NCBI GenBank assembly: GCA_030704615.1 | Contig: CM060731.1 | Location: 73,222,001-73,286,000 of the forward strand | DNA length: 64,000 bases | Origin: Takakia lepidozioides | Taxonomy: Eukaryota; Plantae; Bryophyta | Direction of reading: 5' to 3' | In this document: one piece after another, positions 50,587 to 62,269 of the stretch | How positions within the stretch are numbered: the stretch's first letter is position 1 | Layout: each line of letters starts with the position of its first letter | Notes under the pieces: generated by a model | What the model was told of the DNA's origin: nothing | Database searches by the model: none | Seen by the model: the letters and a program-made list of their open reading frames with translations, nothing else | Position numbers and translations under genes: made by a program

Positions 50587-53500
50587 GGGGGATCAGGCGG
50601 GCGGCCTGGATCTGGCTCTGGGGGGACAGGGAGTGTGGGAAGTAGTAGTGCAACTGAAGCTGGGAATACTGTGAATATCGTGGGGCCAGAAGCAGGGAGT
50701 GCTCAAGGGTCACCACTTGGTGGAAGATCCACCACAAAAACAACAGGTCCAGAAGGACCAGCACCAGCAAGGGTGCCAGCACCTGTCAGTGGGCAGAAGG
50801 TAGGGCCACAGATGGCGTTACAACCAACACGGGAAAAACCACATTTTCCAATATATTCAGGAAAAGGGGATCCCGATGTACACATTAGCCAATTTGAGCA
50901 CATGTGTATAGTGAACAATGAGAATGGCGATGATGCCAAGATGAGATTGTTTCCTTGTTCACTTATCAAGAAAGCAAGTGAATGGTATGCAAGATTCCTG
51001 ATAATCATTTCCTAACCTGGAATGGCTTGAATACAACATTTCGAAATAGGTTCAGGACAAATAAAACTGAGGATGAAGTGTATGGAAGTTTACAACAGTT
51101 GAAGCAAAAGAAGCATGAAACTATTGAGGAGTATATGGAAAAGATGGAATTGATGATGAAAAAACTGGCTGCAGTACCAGCACCCGGTTTACAGAAGACT
51201 TGGTTTGTGAGTGGACTAAGACCAGAGTTGCAAAAGAAAGTGGATATGTTACCCCATAATACAGTGGAGGAGGCATTTGAAACTGCGAACAGAATTGAGC
51301 AATTGGGAATGCTCAGGAGAGAGAAAAGGATGATGAGGACTCTGAGGATGAGTCAGATGAAGAAGAAGAGCAAGAACTAAAAAGAAAGAGTAAGAGAAAG
51401 GAGAAGTTGAAGAGGGATAACTATGAAAAAAGATTGGAAGAAATCTTGAAGAAGTATGCCACAGAGGCTGCAACACATTGGAGGAAGGGTGTATGGTGTG
51501 CAAAGTGCCAGAATGAAGGCCATACCACCACAGAATGCCACATGAAGGAGAAACACTGTACTATCTGTAAAATGGATAACCATTCTACTGAGAATTGTTA
51601 CTACAACAGAAGGACAGCTGCAAGAGAACCTAGGCAAGTAAGGGTGCATCAGGTGCAGCCCCAGCCAAGAAGAAACAATGATCAGGACCACTATGGTAGG
51701 TCTGGTGGTTATAACAATGGCATGGAAGGGAGAGGTAATTCAAGAGGGAATTACCAAGGAAATTCCAGAGGCAACTATCAGGGTAATCCAAGGGGGAATT
51801 ACCAGCCCGGGAATCAGGATTATAGAAATAATCCAAGAACAGACCAAGGGCGAGGACCCAATGGTGAAGAACTATGTTACTATTGTAATCAGCCAAGACA
51901 TCGCAAGGCAGCCTGTTCATTCTGGATAAGACACCAGAATGAGATGAGAGCTCCTGTGAATGAGGGCCCAGTGGTGGCAGCTCACATGGTTAGGCCATGT
52001 GTTGTACAGAAGTAAGTACAATGATAGTAACAAGAAGTAAAGCCAAACTAATACCTCCAGTAGTAGAGGAAGAAGATGATAATGAAGGTGGCAATGATAT
52101 GCCTGAAGATGAAGAGACTTGGAAAGATAAGAAGGAACTGCACAAGGAAGTGGCAGATACTATAGGGAAATGCAGAAGAGTACTGATATTCCTGTGGCAG
52201 ATTCCTCTGATTCTGATGGAGAAGAAGAAGGGAGTGAGGATGAAAGAAGAAAAGAAGATGCAGATATGCAAAGTAATGAAGAGACTTTGGCTGAAGTAAT
52301 ATGCCAGACCAAAGCAGAAATTACTATTGGACAGCTATTAGCTGTGGCACCTTATTGTAGGCACAGGCTGCTGTATCAAGCAATCAATCGAATTGCCCAA
52401 GAGACAGGAAACACAGACCTGAACAGCAAGGTGACCAGTTATAATGTGAAGCCGGAAGGGCGAGAAACAGTCATAGACTTTGATGATTCTATGCCAGTAA
52501 TCCAATTGAGAATTGGAAGCACAGAACTAACTGATGTACTGATAGATGGAGGTTCTGGAGTCAATATCATGACAGACCAATTAAGGAAGAAGCTTGGTCT
52601 AAGTAACATGAAACCAGCCCTATTTACAGTAACAATGGCAGATCAAAGAAGTGTACAGCCATTGGGATTGATAAGAGGAGTTAAGATATAGATACAAAAG
52701 ATGATCTTTATGATCACAGTAACTGTGTTAAAGATGGATGAAGTCATGGAGGCTTACTCCTTATTATTGGGACGTCCGTGGCTGAAACAGGCCAGGGTAT
52801 TCCATGACTAGAATTCTCAGTTACTAACCGTGCATAATGGGATACACGAGATACAAATTACCACAAAGAAATCTAGTAGATTACCTGCTACAAGAAGACC
52901 TCGAGGAGTCAGAGAGTATGACTGGAAAGGAGGACTGGATGAGGAGCAAGAAACTACTCTATTTGCTGCACACCCAGAGTGGGAGCAGGTTGCAGAGATG
53001 CGGCTGGAAAGCCTAAGTTGTTTTAAGAGGTATCTGCTGTGGTGTAGTGACAGCAACACCTACTGAAAAGGAAACCAGCAGTTACCCATCACATTTCTAT
53101 GAAGAAAGAGAAGGAGAAATGGAAATCCTAGAGGAACCAGCCATGGTGAGCTTACAGGATGAAGTGGTGAGTGGTTGGACAATCACAGCTGATGAGCAAG
53201 TGAGGGAAGTGAATGTGGGAACTAAAGAGGAACCGAGGATGGTGAAAGTAGGAGCTGATTTGGAGCGGAATTTTTGAAGAAGCTAAAAGCTTGTTCATCA
53301 AATACAGAGATGTTTGCTTGGAGCTATGAGGATCTAAAAGGGATACCACCTGAAGTCTGTCAGCATAAGATTGAACTGGAACCAGGGTCAGTACCAATCA
53401 AGCAGGCGAGGTACAGAATGAATCCCAACTACGCACAGAAGGTTGGAGAAGAGATTAAGAAGTTGGCTAAGGCTAAGTTTATATACCCAATAGAGTATAC

Positions 53501-54055
53501 AACTTGGTTGTCACCCATTGTTATAGTCCCCAAGAAGAATGGTAAACTAAGAGTATGTGTGAACTACAAGAAGCTGAATGCTTGTATGAAGAAAGATCCT
53601 TTCCCTTTGCCATTCACAGAAGCAGTATTGGACACTGTGGCAGGCCATGAGATGTACTCATTCATGGATGGGTTCAGTGGTTATAATCAAGTGCAAGTGG
53701 CAGAAGAAGAGAAGATCAAAGGAAGACAGCTTTCATCACAGACTGGGGTGCTTATGCATACAAAGTCATGCCCTTTGGACTTTGTAATGCACCAGCAACC
53801 TTTCAGAGAGTAATAAGTGAATCTTTTCATGAGTATCTGGATGATTTCATGCAGGTGTTCTTGGATGATTTCAGTGTGTACAGCTCTAAGAATGAGCACT
53901 TGCATAAATTGGAGTTATGTCTGGCCAGATGCAGGATGAGAGGTCTGGGCCTGAATCCAGAGAAGTGTACTTCTTGTGTGAACTCAGGGGTGCTTCTGGG
54001 ACACATTGTGTGTAAAAAGGGACTTCTTGTGGATCCCAGGAAGACAGAGGCCATT
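50587..54055 (+). pseudogene. Element C gag (remainder), protease and RT, truncated before RNase H
   Basis: YSGKGDPDVHI, LKQKKHETIEEY, CAKCQNEGH..EC, CTICKMDNH..NC, CYYCNQPRH...C, LIDGGSG, KKNGKLRVCVNY, FLDDF. Confidence 0.9.
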
Positions 54056-55941
54056 AAAGCCTCTCTACAAAGAAATAAACAGTCAAGCGGAAAAATGTAC
54101 AAAGGCAGAGGCAGAGAATGTTGAGCAAATGAACCTCATTGTCGATATGAAGAATACAATCTGTCGCAATGAAGATACTTTCAAGCAATACAAGCAGATT
54201 GAAGCTGATCAAGAGAAGTACATCCTGGAGTTGCAACAAACGCTCCTGGCCAATAGAAATGAAATCTCGGTCACTAACAAGGCTTGGAAGGAAGCTAATA
54301 ATCTACTTGCTGCCTACGCGAATTTGGTTGAACCTCATGCGAAGCGCATGGAGACTTTACAACAGCAGTTAGAAGTGTACAAACTCAGAGAGGAGCATAC
54401 TCTCAGAGGAACCACAAGCAACTTGGTGGATAACAGCCTTATGCAGGTCTGGTTAGCACAAGGGCCAGTGGAGGGCAAAGCACCACGAAAGCTCACCCAA
54501 AGCGAGATGAATGAGCTCAGACTGCAAGTGCAGAACATTGCCACAACTATAGACAATGTCTATAGTAGGATAGCAGAGTTACAGGAGGATGTAGACGGAC
54601 TGCAGACTCAAGTGGAGGACCTCACTTCAAATATCGACAAAAGAGTCTATATCCCTCAGGAACAGCTAATGGCTTCTTATTTACAAGCCAGAACTTTGGC
54701 TTTTCAGTCTTCACAGGAGGTGCAGGAGATGCCAATGATACAAGAGCCAGTACCAACCAACACCACAACAAGTCACTGTACCAGTAGCTGAACCTGTTGT
54801 TACTACAACCACACCACAGCCACCACAGCCTGAGGTATGGGGCAATGCTGCTTTTAAACCCACCTAAAACTCCAGCTGCAAGGGAGTACAGTAGGGCTAT
54901 GATTATGCCCTTCAACCAAATTCCCATCATGTTGGATTTAGCTTGGAAAGAATTTAGTCCTCCGCAGTCATTCGCACATTACTACCAAATCATGCGTATT
55001 TGGCTGCCAGTGGCAACTAGGACTAAAGTTCTTCCGAACAATCGACATATTGAGGATCATCACTTTGCACAATACTGGCATGAGGCAAGTACAATGTTGA
55101 AGGAATTATTTGCCTTCCAAGTTGTACATGGATTCATTTATACCAAGACCAAGGAGGTAGTAGTAAGTATTGTCATGGGATGCGGGTTATACTACGCTGC
55201 TTGTTTTCTGGTACGTTATCACATTGAGCAGCACAAGATGCAATCGCGCTTTCTGAGTTATTCCAGTGGGGATCATTGGATCTTACCTTCAGTGCCACCT
55301 CATATGTACCTATATGAGGCAAAAGTTATGATGCAAAAGGATTCTCAAATTCGTTCATGGTTTCAAGCGGCCTGGAACAATTTGTCAACACAGAAATTCG
55401 GCATTGATGATATTTTCTATAAGGGACATGTGGCATGGAAATACTTGCGCGGTGCACAAGCAATTGGTACCCCACTCACCTGGACAGACAAGGAGCTCAG
55501 TGTCTACACCAATTTTGCTGTTCAGCGGTTACAGCAAGTTGTAAAATATAAACTTCCAGACATGGTAGGACAACATTGTATGCCCCAGAGGATTCCACAA
55601 AAAGTTCGACAATTAAAACACCTGAGAGGCGATGAGGATTCTGATACAACTGTTTCTTCAGCGGATTCTTTTGACATGCGAGAAGACTATGCAATTCAGA
55701 TGGCAGAGAAGAAGCGACGGGGGTCTCCTATGCCTGAAAGGTTACCTCGATATCAGCCTCCAGAGGGCCTCACTTATCCGGGTAGTGTTCAAACATCTCC
55801 GTCAACCAGTGACAGACCTCGGGCTCGTACACACAGTCCACCACGAAACTCTCAACGTCAGAAAGGTGCTTACTCACAAGGGTTTGCTAATCGCAATCAG
55901 AAAACCGTGAGGACACGGCTTTTTGAGAGGGGAAGGGGTAA
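54056..55941 (+). CDS. Extra 3' ORF of element C (coiled-coil region plus an unknown 389-aa region)
   Basis: ORFs 54006-54791 and 54797-55966 lie between the truncated RT and the PPT GAGAGGGGAAGGGG. Confidence 0.55.
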
Positions 55942-56948
55942 TGTTAGAGGACTGTCTGGGACTTAGACACTTATACGGGATCTGTAGGGTACCCTTAATT
56001 TTTGCACAGACTGAGACCAACAGGAGCCTTAGGGGTGACAGCAGCGCACTGTAGAGAGGGGTTACACAGCCCGTCACAGTCATCACAGCCAACACAGCCC
56101 GTCACAGTCGTCACAGCCGACACAGCCAGACACAGTCAGCACAGCTCGTCACAGCACGACACAGCCATCACAGCCAACACAGTCCGTCACAGCCGACACA
56201 GCCACACAGCCAGTCACAGCCCGACACAGCCACACACAGTCGCACAGCCAGTCACAGCCCGTCACAGTTTCACACAGCCAGTCACAGCTGTCACGACCAT
56301 AGGGAACGGAGAGCAGGACAGGGAACGACTATGGGGAACAACACCTGCAAATGGAACATGTTAGTTCACGGACGACGGTTAGTGAGGGAAACGGTTAGAG
56401 CCACGGGTAGGAAAATAAAAAGGAGAAACAAGGACTGAGAGGATGATTATTCGGGGAAGCACTTCACGGGGAACACTTCTTGGTCATGGAGGGGAGGGGA
56501 TCGGGCGAAGAGTACGAAAAGAAGCAAAGATGGAGAGCACGGTGAAGGAGGAGAGATGATTAGTAGATGCTTGTTATATGCAAAGCTGTAGTGATATTGT
56601 AGAGCAGATTAGAGACACAATGGCTTCGGCCTGATACCTGATAAATCATAATCTGATACTTATACGATACAATCACACTGTGTAGAGAGATCTGAGTGAA
56701 GCTGTGGAATGAATGATGAGTTGATGGAATCCGATAGATTGATGAAGCTGATACTTAAATTATCACTAGTAAGGTAGCTAACATGAATGCGGAAAGGAAA
56801 ACAAATAGGAAAAACCCCCATGATACACTAGTTGTAGGTCATGACTGATTGTTCTGAGCGGGCTGAGTACTTAGAGATTTCCAACTCTTCTATCTTGGAG
56901 TTTCCGCCTCGGATAGCGAAGGGATGGGTGAGTAAAAGCCGCGCGACA
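55942..56948 (+). repeat. 3' LTR of element C
   Basis: TGTTAGAGG...GCGCGACA, preceded by the PPT at 55925-55938. Confidence 0.95.
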
Positions 56949-59222
56949 GTTATGAAGTCATGCTGATCGCACTGCCTGAATTGAGTGCTTCAGCGCACTC
57001 AGTTATGGCGGTGCATGAGCAATGACTCTGAACCAGTTCCATCCAGAATGGGTCTGCACTCCCACCCAGATGTGCTATGAAACATTCCTCACTAATTATT
57101 GTCATCTTCATCGCAGATCCGTCTATTTGAGGCCGTCTGTCTCGTGAGGGTACATCCACTGTCGACTCCCACCACAGTGGTGGAGTTCGAGCTTCATGGG
57201 GGATGATGTTTCATAAACGAGAGGTTCGATCCTGTCGTCGACGACATGCACTACAACTTTGTCGACTCCAACGTATGTTTGCGAAAGCCAAATGGAACGC
57301 CTTGGAGAGGGGCCCGTGAAAAAAACCCGGCTTTTATCCAAACAATCATTGAGAGTTGTTCTCGGCCAGGGGCCCGCATCATAGATCTCACTCTCGGCAC
57401 ACGTTTCTCTTCTTGCCTTTGTCATCGATTTCTTTTCTTCTGCACCTTCTTTACTCAATATTCTAAAACTCTAATTCCTTCAATTCGTCTCTTGCAAGCG
57501 CTTCTTACCATGCTTGCAAGGCAGATGGCAGGCACTTGTTTGGTATGGAAGGAGATGCAGATATTTTCACTGGCCTCCTTGCCGAGTTGCAAGGGGGCGC
57601 GTCTACCTCCAATGTCAAGGATGTCACTACGCAATTGATATCCTCGACGGTGACGACAAAGACCTGGACAATGACTTTTCATGTGAGTAAGTTCATTTTC
57701 TGTCTATTTGATCCCTATGTATATGCTCTGTCGCATCCCCTTCTGTTGTCTGATTGCTATCCAAATGGTGCATTTCTGATTGCAGGAATGTGACCGCACT
57801 CTCGTGGCCCCTGTCTTCCATATACTTGTGGGACTTGTGCTGGAGCCCACCTCCTAATTATGTCCTTCCCGATTACGCGAAAGACATTGCTCGTGTGCAA
57901 ACAACTGTGCTTTCTCCCCTACCCTTGCATTGGAGTTCCAGGAAGACGCTTAGGCACCTCTTCATAGATGATAGTGTAGCAGTTTCAGGTGGTAGCAGTG
58001 TGTGACACCACCTATGGATGTACTTGAGGGCATTCATTTATGGAACATGAGGGGACACACTCTCCGTTTTCCGTTGCACCACCATTTCTTCCCACCATCC
58101 ATCGTAATGAGCACGGACTACAATGAAATTCACATCCCTGCATTGAAACATTCTCTCCCCCGCATCCTGCAAATTTGAAAGTGTTTTCCTTCTAATCATT
58201 GTTCTCAAATTCAACCGTGTGCATTCAATAAAAATTTCTCAACAGAGATGAATATGTGCATAGTCCAGTATACGGTCATTTGACATATGCCATCACACCA
58301 ATATTTGGTTGGATGGATGGAGGATGAATGTTTTTGGATGGATGAACCCCGATTGGATGTACACTATGGATGAATGTTGCATGCATGGATGGTCCCATGG
58401 ATGATGTCAGTGCGCAGTATCATGCACAGGGGCGGGATGGCGAGGTTCACTGTCGGGGTTGAGGTGGGTCCCTAAGGCTGATAAGGGTTAGGGTTTCTGT
58501 TTGGGGTTGCAGGGTTAATATGGATGAAGACGTGTTTCTGCGGTAATGGATCCTCTTCCACGGAAATAGACGCCGCATCTTTCCCAAAATCATGCCACGT
58601 GTCCTAGGCTCACGCCAGGCTCTTGGGCTCACGTGGCTAGGCTCACACTCTAGCATCCCCCGGCAACGGGGACGCCTAATCATAGTCATTGATAAGACCG
58701 TAATAATTGACTGCGAATCCATGTCAGCTTCACGTGGAACGGAAGGGATATGCCACGTGTCACGACAAAGGGAAGGTGACAAGGTCCTCACGACTGGCAT
58801 ATACGACTTTGGAGGATTAATCCCAGGACAACACGTGGAGAATACAAGGAACGACACGTGGCACGACAGGGTGACTTCCACAGATTAACCCCCAGGACAA
58901 CACGTGGATTAGGCTGGACATGACGAGTGGCATGACAGGGTGAGGGAGAGGGGGTCTTCCAAGACTGGCATGTATGACTCACGACGACTAACCCAGTGCC
59001 ACACGTGGCGCAAATGGGACATGACACGTGCCAGGACAATGGGCTTCGGGAGGGGCTTTTGTGACTGGCATGTATGACTTCGGACGTTTAATGCCAGGTC
59101 CACACGTGGAGATCAAATTACGCAGGGTGGGGGTGGTCGTTATGACTGGAACATATAACTTCCATGGTGCTGTGTCTGGATATAGTCTGGATATAGCACG
59201 TGGCACGCGTATGGGCGAACAC

Positions 59223-59254
<32 letters not shown>

Positions 59255-59649
59255 AGTGGCACGTGCCGGAGGCTCTGTGGATGGGAGGTAATCTAATCTG
59301 GTGCCGCTACAAAAATGCACAAAGCTGCAAAGTCTATGTAGACTTCCAAATGCCTGAGCAGAAGATGTATACACTGGCATCTCTCGGACTAGTGCAATCC
59401 TAACACATGGCAGATGATGGGGGGTTGCTATTCCATGAGCTCATGAGCGGGCATGGCTCACCCATGAGCCGCAAAGTAACACACTTCGAATTTCGGCAGA
59501 TTTTTTTCGGGCCCAAAACTATAAAATAATCAAAAATCGAAATTTCCGCGCTCATGCTGGAAGCACTCCGCTCATGAGTACCAGTGTACGCTCATGACTT
59601 GGAGCCCAGGCTCATGGACCGCTAGGCCAGGTCATAGAAAAACTGAATT

Positions 59650-60140
59650 CTGGGCAATAACGGCACCGAAATTATCCCAGATGCAGAGACGCAAGCGGAA
59701 TTAGGATCCGGGTTTGCAGACTCCGAAAACGCAATGGCGACCTATAACCGTGGATAGTACTGTTGCAGAAGTGCATGATGGTTGGGTATAACGGCGCCGT
59801 AATTGGGCACAGGAAAAGAAATAGCCGGCTGAAGGCTCGGGAGTGAAGCCAACAACGGTGAAAGTAATTGGGCTCCGCCAACCAAATACCCGGCTGCATC
59901 CTCCGGAGTGCAGGCGATAACGGCGCCGAAATGGGCCCCGAAAATCAAATACTCGGTTGAAGCCACCGGAGTGCAGCCGATAACGGGGCCGAAATTGGGT
60001 CCGGAAACCAAATACCCGGCTGAAGGCTAGGGATTGCAACCAATAACGGCGCCGAAATTGACCTGCGGAAACAAAATTCTCGGCTGAAGCTTCCGCACTC
60101 CATCCAATAACGGCGCCAAAATTGGGCTCCGGAGAGCAAA
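59650..60140. repeat. ~60-bp degenerate tandem repeat with core ATAACGGCGCCGAAATT
   Basis: About 7 visible units. Confidence 0.8.
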
Positions 60141-60244
60141 TACCCGCCTTACGGTAAGGGAGGCCTTGCTCTCATTTTGCTCTTCACTCTTCTCTGTTGT
60201 GCCCATCTCCTCCCTGCTTTGAGTTCGTGCTATGTCGTGAGGCC

Positions 60245-60796
60245 ATGTCGTGCCCGAATCACATCTATCGACGCCAGACGGGAGTCATTTTCCCGAAAGC
60301 AGACGACATCATTGTTTTCCTGGATGTTTACAGGGACGATCCTCGACTTGTCCAGCTGAGAGCAATGGAGTTTCTTCCAGGATTGCACGATTCTCCTGGA
60401 CCCCGGCTGGGGAGCAGGTGGTTCCTACGCATCATGGACTTGGACTTTCCGCATGAGTGGGAGCCGAACAGATCACGCACAGCGTTGCTGTATCGCTGGA
60501 ATTGTTGCGAGTGGACGTATGATGAGGGCATAGGTAAAAACTTTACATGTGGACGGACTGGCTCGGAAAGTGGGGACATTCTCTTCAGTTATGAGGATGA
60601 GGAGGAGGGGAACACAGGGCCCACTGTGAAAATGTCCTTCTACCAAGGGGGCGCTATCGATAAACACGACATCCTCGTTAGTTTCAACCGGGCGACAGAA
60701 ACCACTGACATTTTGTTCAAATATAGGCACCCGGTCACTCAGGAGGTCCTTGAGAGGCCAGTTAGAGTTCCTTCTTCTTGGGCGAGGGGACCATAG
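60245..60796 (+). CDS. Intronless hypothetical protein (183 aa) in transposon-like DNA
   Basis: Uninterrupted ATG-initiated ORF with globular-protein composition; no recognised motif. Confidence 0.45.
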   Translation: MSCPNHIYRRQTGVIFPKADDIIVFLDVYRDDPRLVQLRAMEFLPGLHDSPGPRLGSRWFLRIMDLDFPHEWEPNRSRTALLYRWNCCEWTYDEGIGKNFTCGRTGSESGDILFSYEDEEEGNTGPTVKMSFYQGGAIDKHDILVSFNRATETTDILFKYRHPVTQEVLERPVRVPSSWARGP

Positions 60797-61478
60797 GTCT
60801 TGCATGCTAGAGTAGACATGTTTCGACTCGCCGACACTCATGGCACATACATTTTCATTCAGAAATCAAGCAGCTTCCCTGTGCCATATGGGGAATATAC
60901 ATGCTTGGATAATCTTCTGTTAAGGTTTTTGCAATTCACTGCCAGTATGCTGGGACGTGTCCTTTGTCGTATGGATTGTTGTTTGCACAAAGTGCAGTAT
61001 GCAAATGCTGGAATGTGTAGTAGGACCCTTCCCACTGGGACACAGAACTAGCAATCGTGTAAAGACATCACATTTGCAGAACAGTAACAATGTATTTGTA
61101 GCAAATTGGAGTCTTCTCATAGAGGTGGACGAAAACGCCAGGATGGGCTGCGAAATCACTACAAATTGAATGAAGAGCAGTAACAAGGAAGCACTATGCA
61201 GTACATAGACCATAAACGGCGCTGAAATAGGCCTCAATGCCCGTTAATCTCCACACAATGTATGCTTTACTCGGATCCATTTGTAGACAACCAAAATAAA
61301 AAAAGCATGCGCATGCCATCCATGGCCAAAAACCACATTCTCATGTATTGCGGCACCAAAATTCACATGTAGCCATGGCGATGCGGCACCACCAAGTGTA
61401 TAATTCCTCCAAAAAAAATAGGATGCAAGAAGATGAATGTAATATAATTGCCACTTTCTCCTTCCCGAATGTGGAATG

Positions 61479-61898
61479 TCAAGCAGTCCGACCAGTGTCC
61501 TGCCGTAGGGCCTTGTGCAGCTCGTTGAAACTCAGTGTTGGAGCATGGATGAAGACGTCCACTGCGGATATGCAACTCATGCGCTTCAGAAAAATGTAAT
61601 AAAGGTGTTTGCAGGGGACGTATGCTGCATTCTTCGATTCCATAACAAGGAAGTCCTCACAGTTGCAAGCTGGGTACTGTGAAACCGTGATTGTATACAC
61701 GACACTGCGCGCAGCAGACCCGGCTGTTGACAACTGAAATATGCGCCCCATCCCGGGGTGAGGAACATCCCTGCAACCTTGCACTATGCAGGGCATTGCA
61801 AGAGCGTTGGCCATCCTGGTGTCGTTCGCCTTTGTTGGTGGCCGCCGTCTTTTCAGTTTCCCCCACCGATGGGTGGGCCAAGCTGCGGGGTCACCCAC
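61479..61898 (-). CDS. SWIM zinc-finger protein (second copy; 5' end uncertain)
   Basis: YTITVSQYPACNCEDF...YVPCKHLYYIFLKRM..IHAPTLS. Confidence 0.75.
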   Translation of the reverse strand: MGDPAAWPTHRWGKLKRRRPPTKANDTRMANALAMPCIVQGCRDVPHPGMGRIFQLSTAGSAARSVVYTITVSQYPACNCEDFLVMESKNAAYVPCKHLYYIFLKRMSCISAVDVFIHAPTLSFNELHKALRQDTGRTA

Positions 61899-62269
61899 CG
61901 GTATGCGGGGCGAAGAGCTTCTCGTGGGAGGAGGATGACGACTGGGAATTGGATTTCGTGGAACGTATTTTAGCTTTCAGAGAATCAGGATGGAAGTACA
62001 CGTTTACCCAAACACGGGAGTCCATGTTGAAGACGGGACCTCTCGGTACGCTCCGCAGCGAAGTCCTGCAGTGAGAAGAGTGTGTCCTACCTAATAACAC
62101 AAATGATTTTCTGGAGGATTCCGTATCCAACAGGATGGGTGATCAGTGCACGTAAAGATGAAGGTATGTAACGTACGTTACAAAAACGGACGACAACAGC
62201 AAGTTCACATCGGATATTTGGTGCCTGAATTGTAATGTACAACCACTTGGGCTACAATAAATCAGGCCT

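Larger units (their letters stand above)
36125..56948 (+). mobile_element. Ty3/gypsy (Tat/Athila-like) LTR retrotransposon C, non-autonomous (no RNase H or integrase), interrupted by copy B
   Basis: Two ~1-kb TG..CA LTRs, PBS, PPT, gag, protease LIDGGSG, RT MDGFSGYNQ and FLDD. Confidence 0.92.
35938..57640 (+). pseudogene. Degenerate beta-class N4C/N6A DNA methyltransferase-like gene; exons ~35938-36061, 57117-57402, 57498-~57640; intron 1 contains the LTR nest
   Basis: Spliced peptide ELASYLKALGMRIIKTWNCVN..GQK|IRLFEAVCLVR...REKNPAFIQTIIESCSRPGARIIDLTLGT|(x)ASYHACKADGRHLFGMEGD resembles N6_N4_Mtase motifs VII-VIII and X-I-II. One in-frame stop at 57204 and a mutated acceptor at 57496-57497. 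Confidence 0.6.
33596..59160. mobile_element. CACTA/EnSpm-type DNA transposon (left terminal inverted repeat at 33596; right boundary approximate), hosting the LTR nest
   Basis: CACTAGTAGAAAA terminus. Left subterminal motifs (AGTCGTATCTGCCAGTCGTGA, GTGAGCCTAGCCGCGTGAGCCCA) recur inverted at about 58615-59160. No right TIR or transposase was seen. Confidence 0.6.

Noticed and set aside
59387-59394. GACTAGTG as the right CACTA terminal repeat
   Set aside because: Only 7 bp match the left terminus, and the flanking 3-mers differ (ATA versus CAA).
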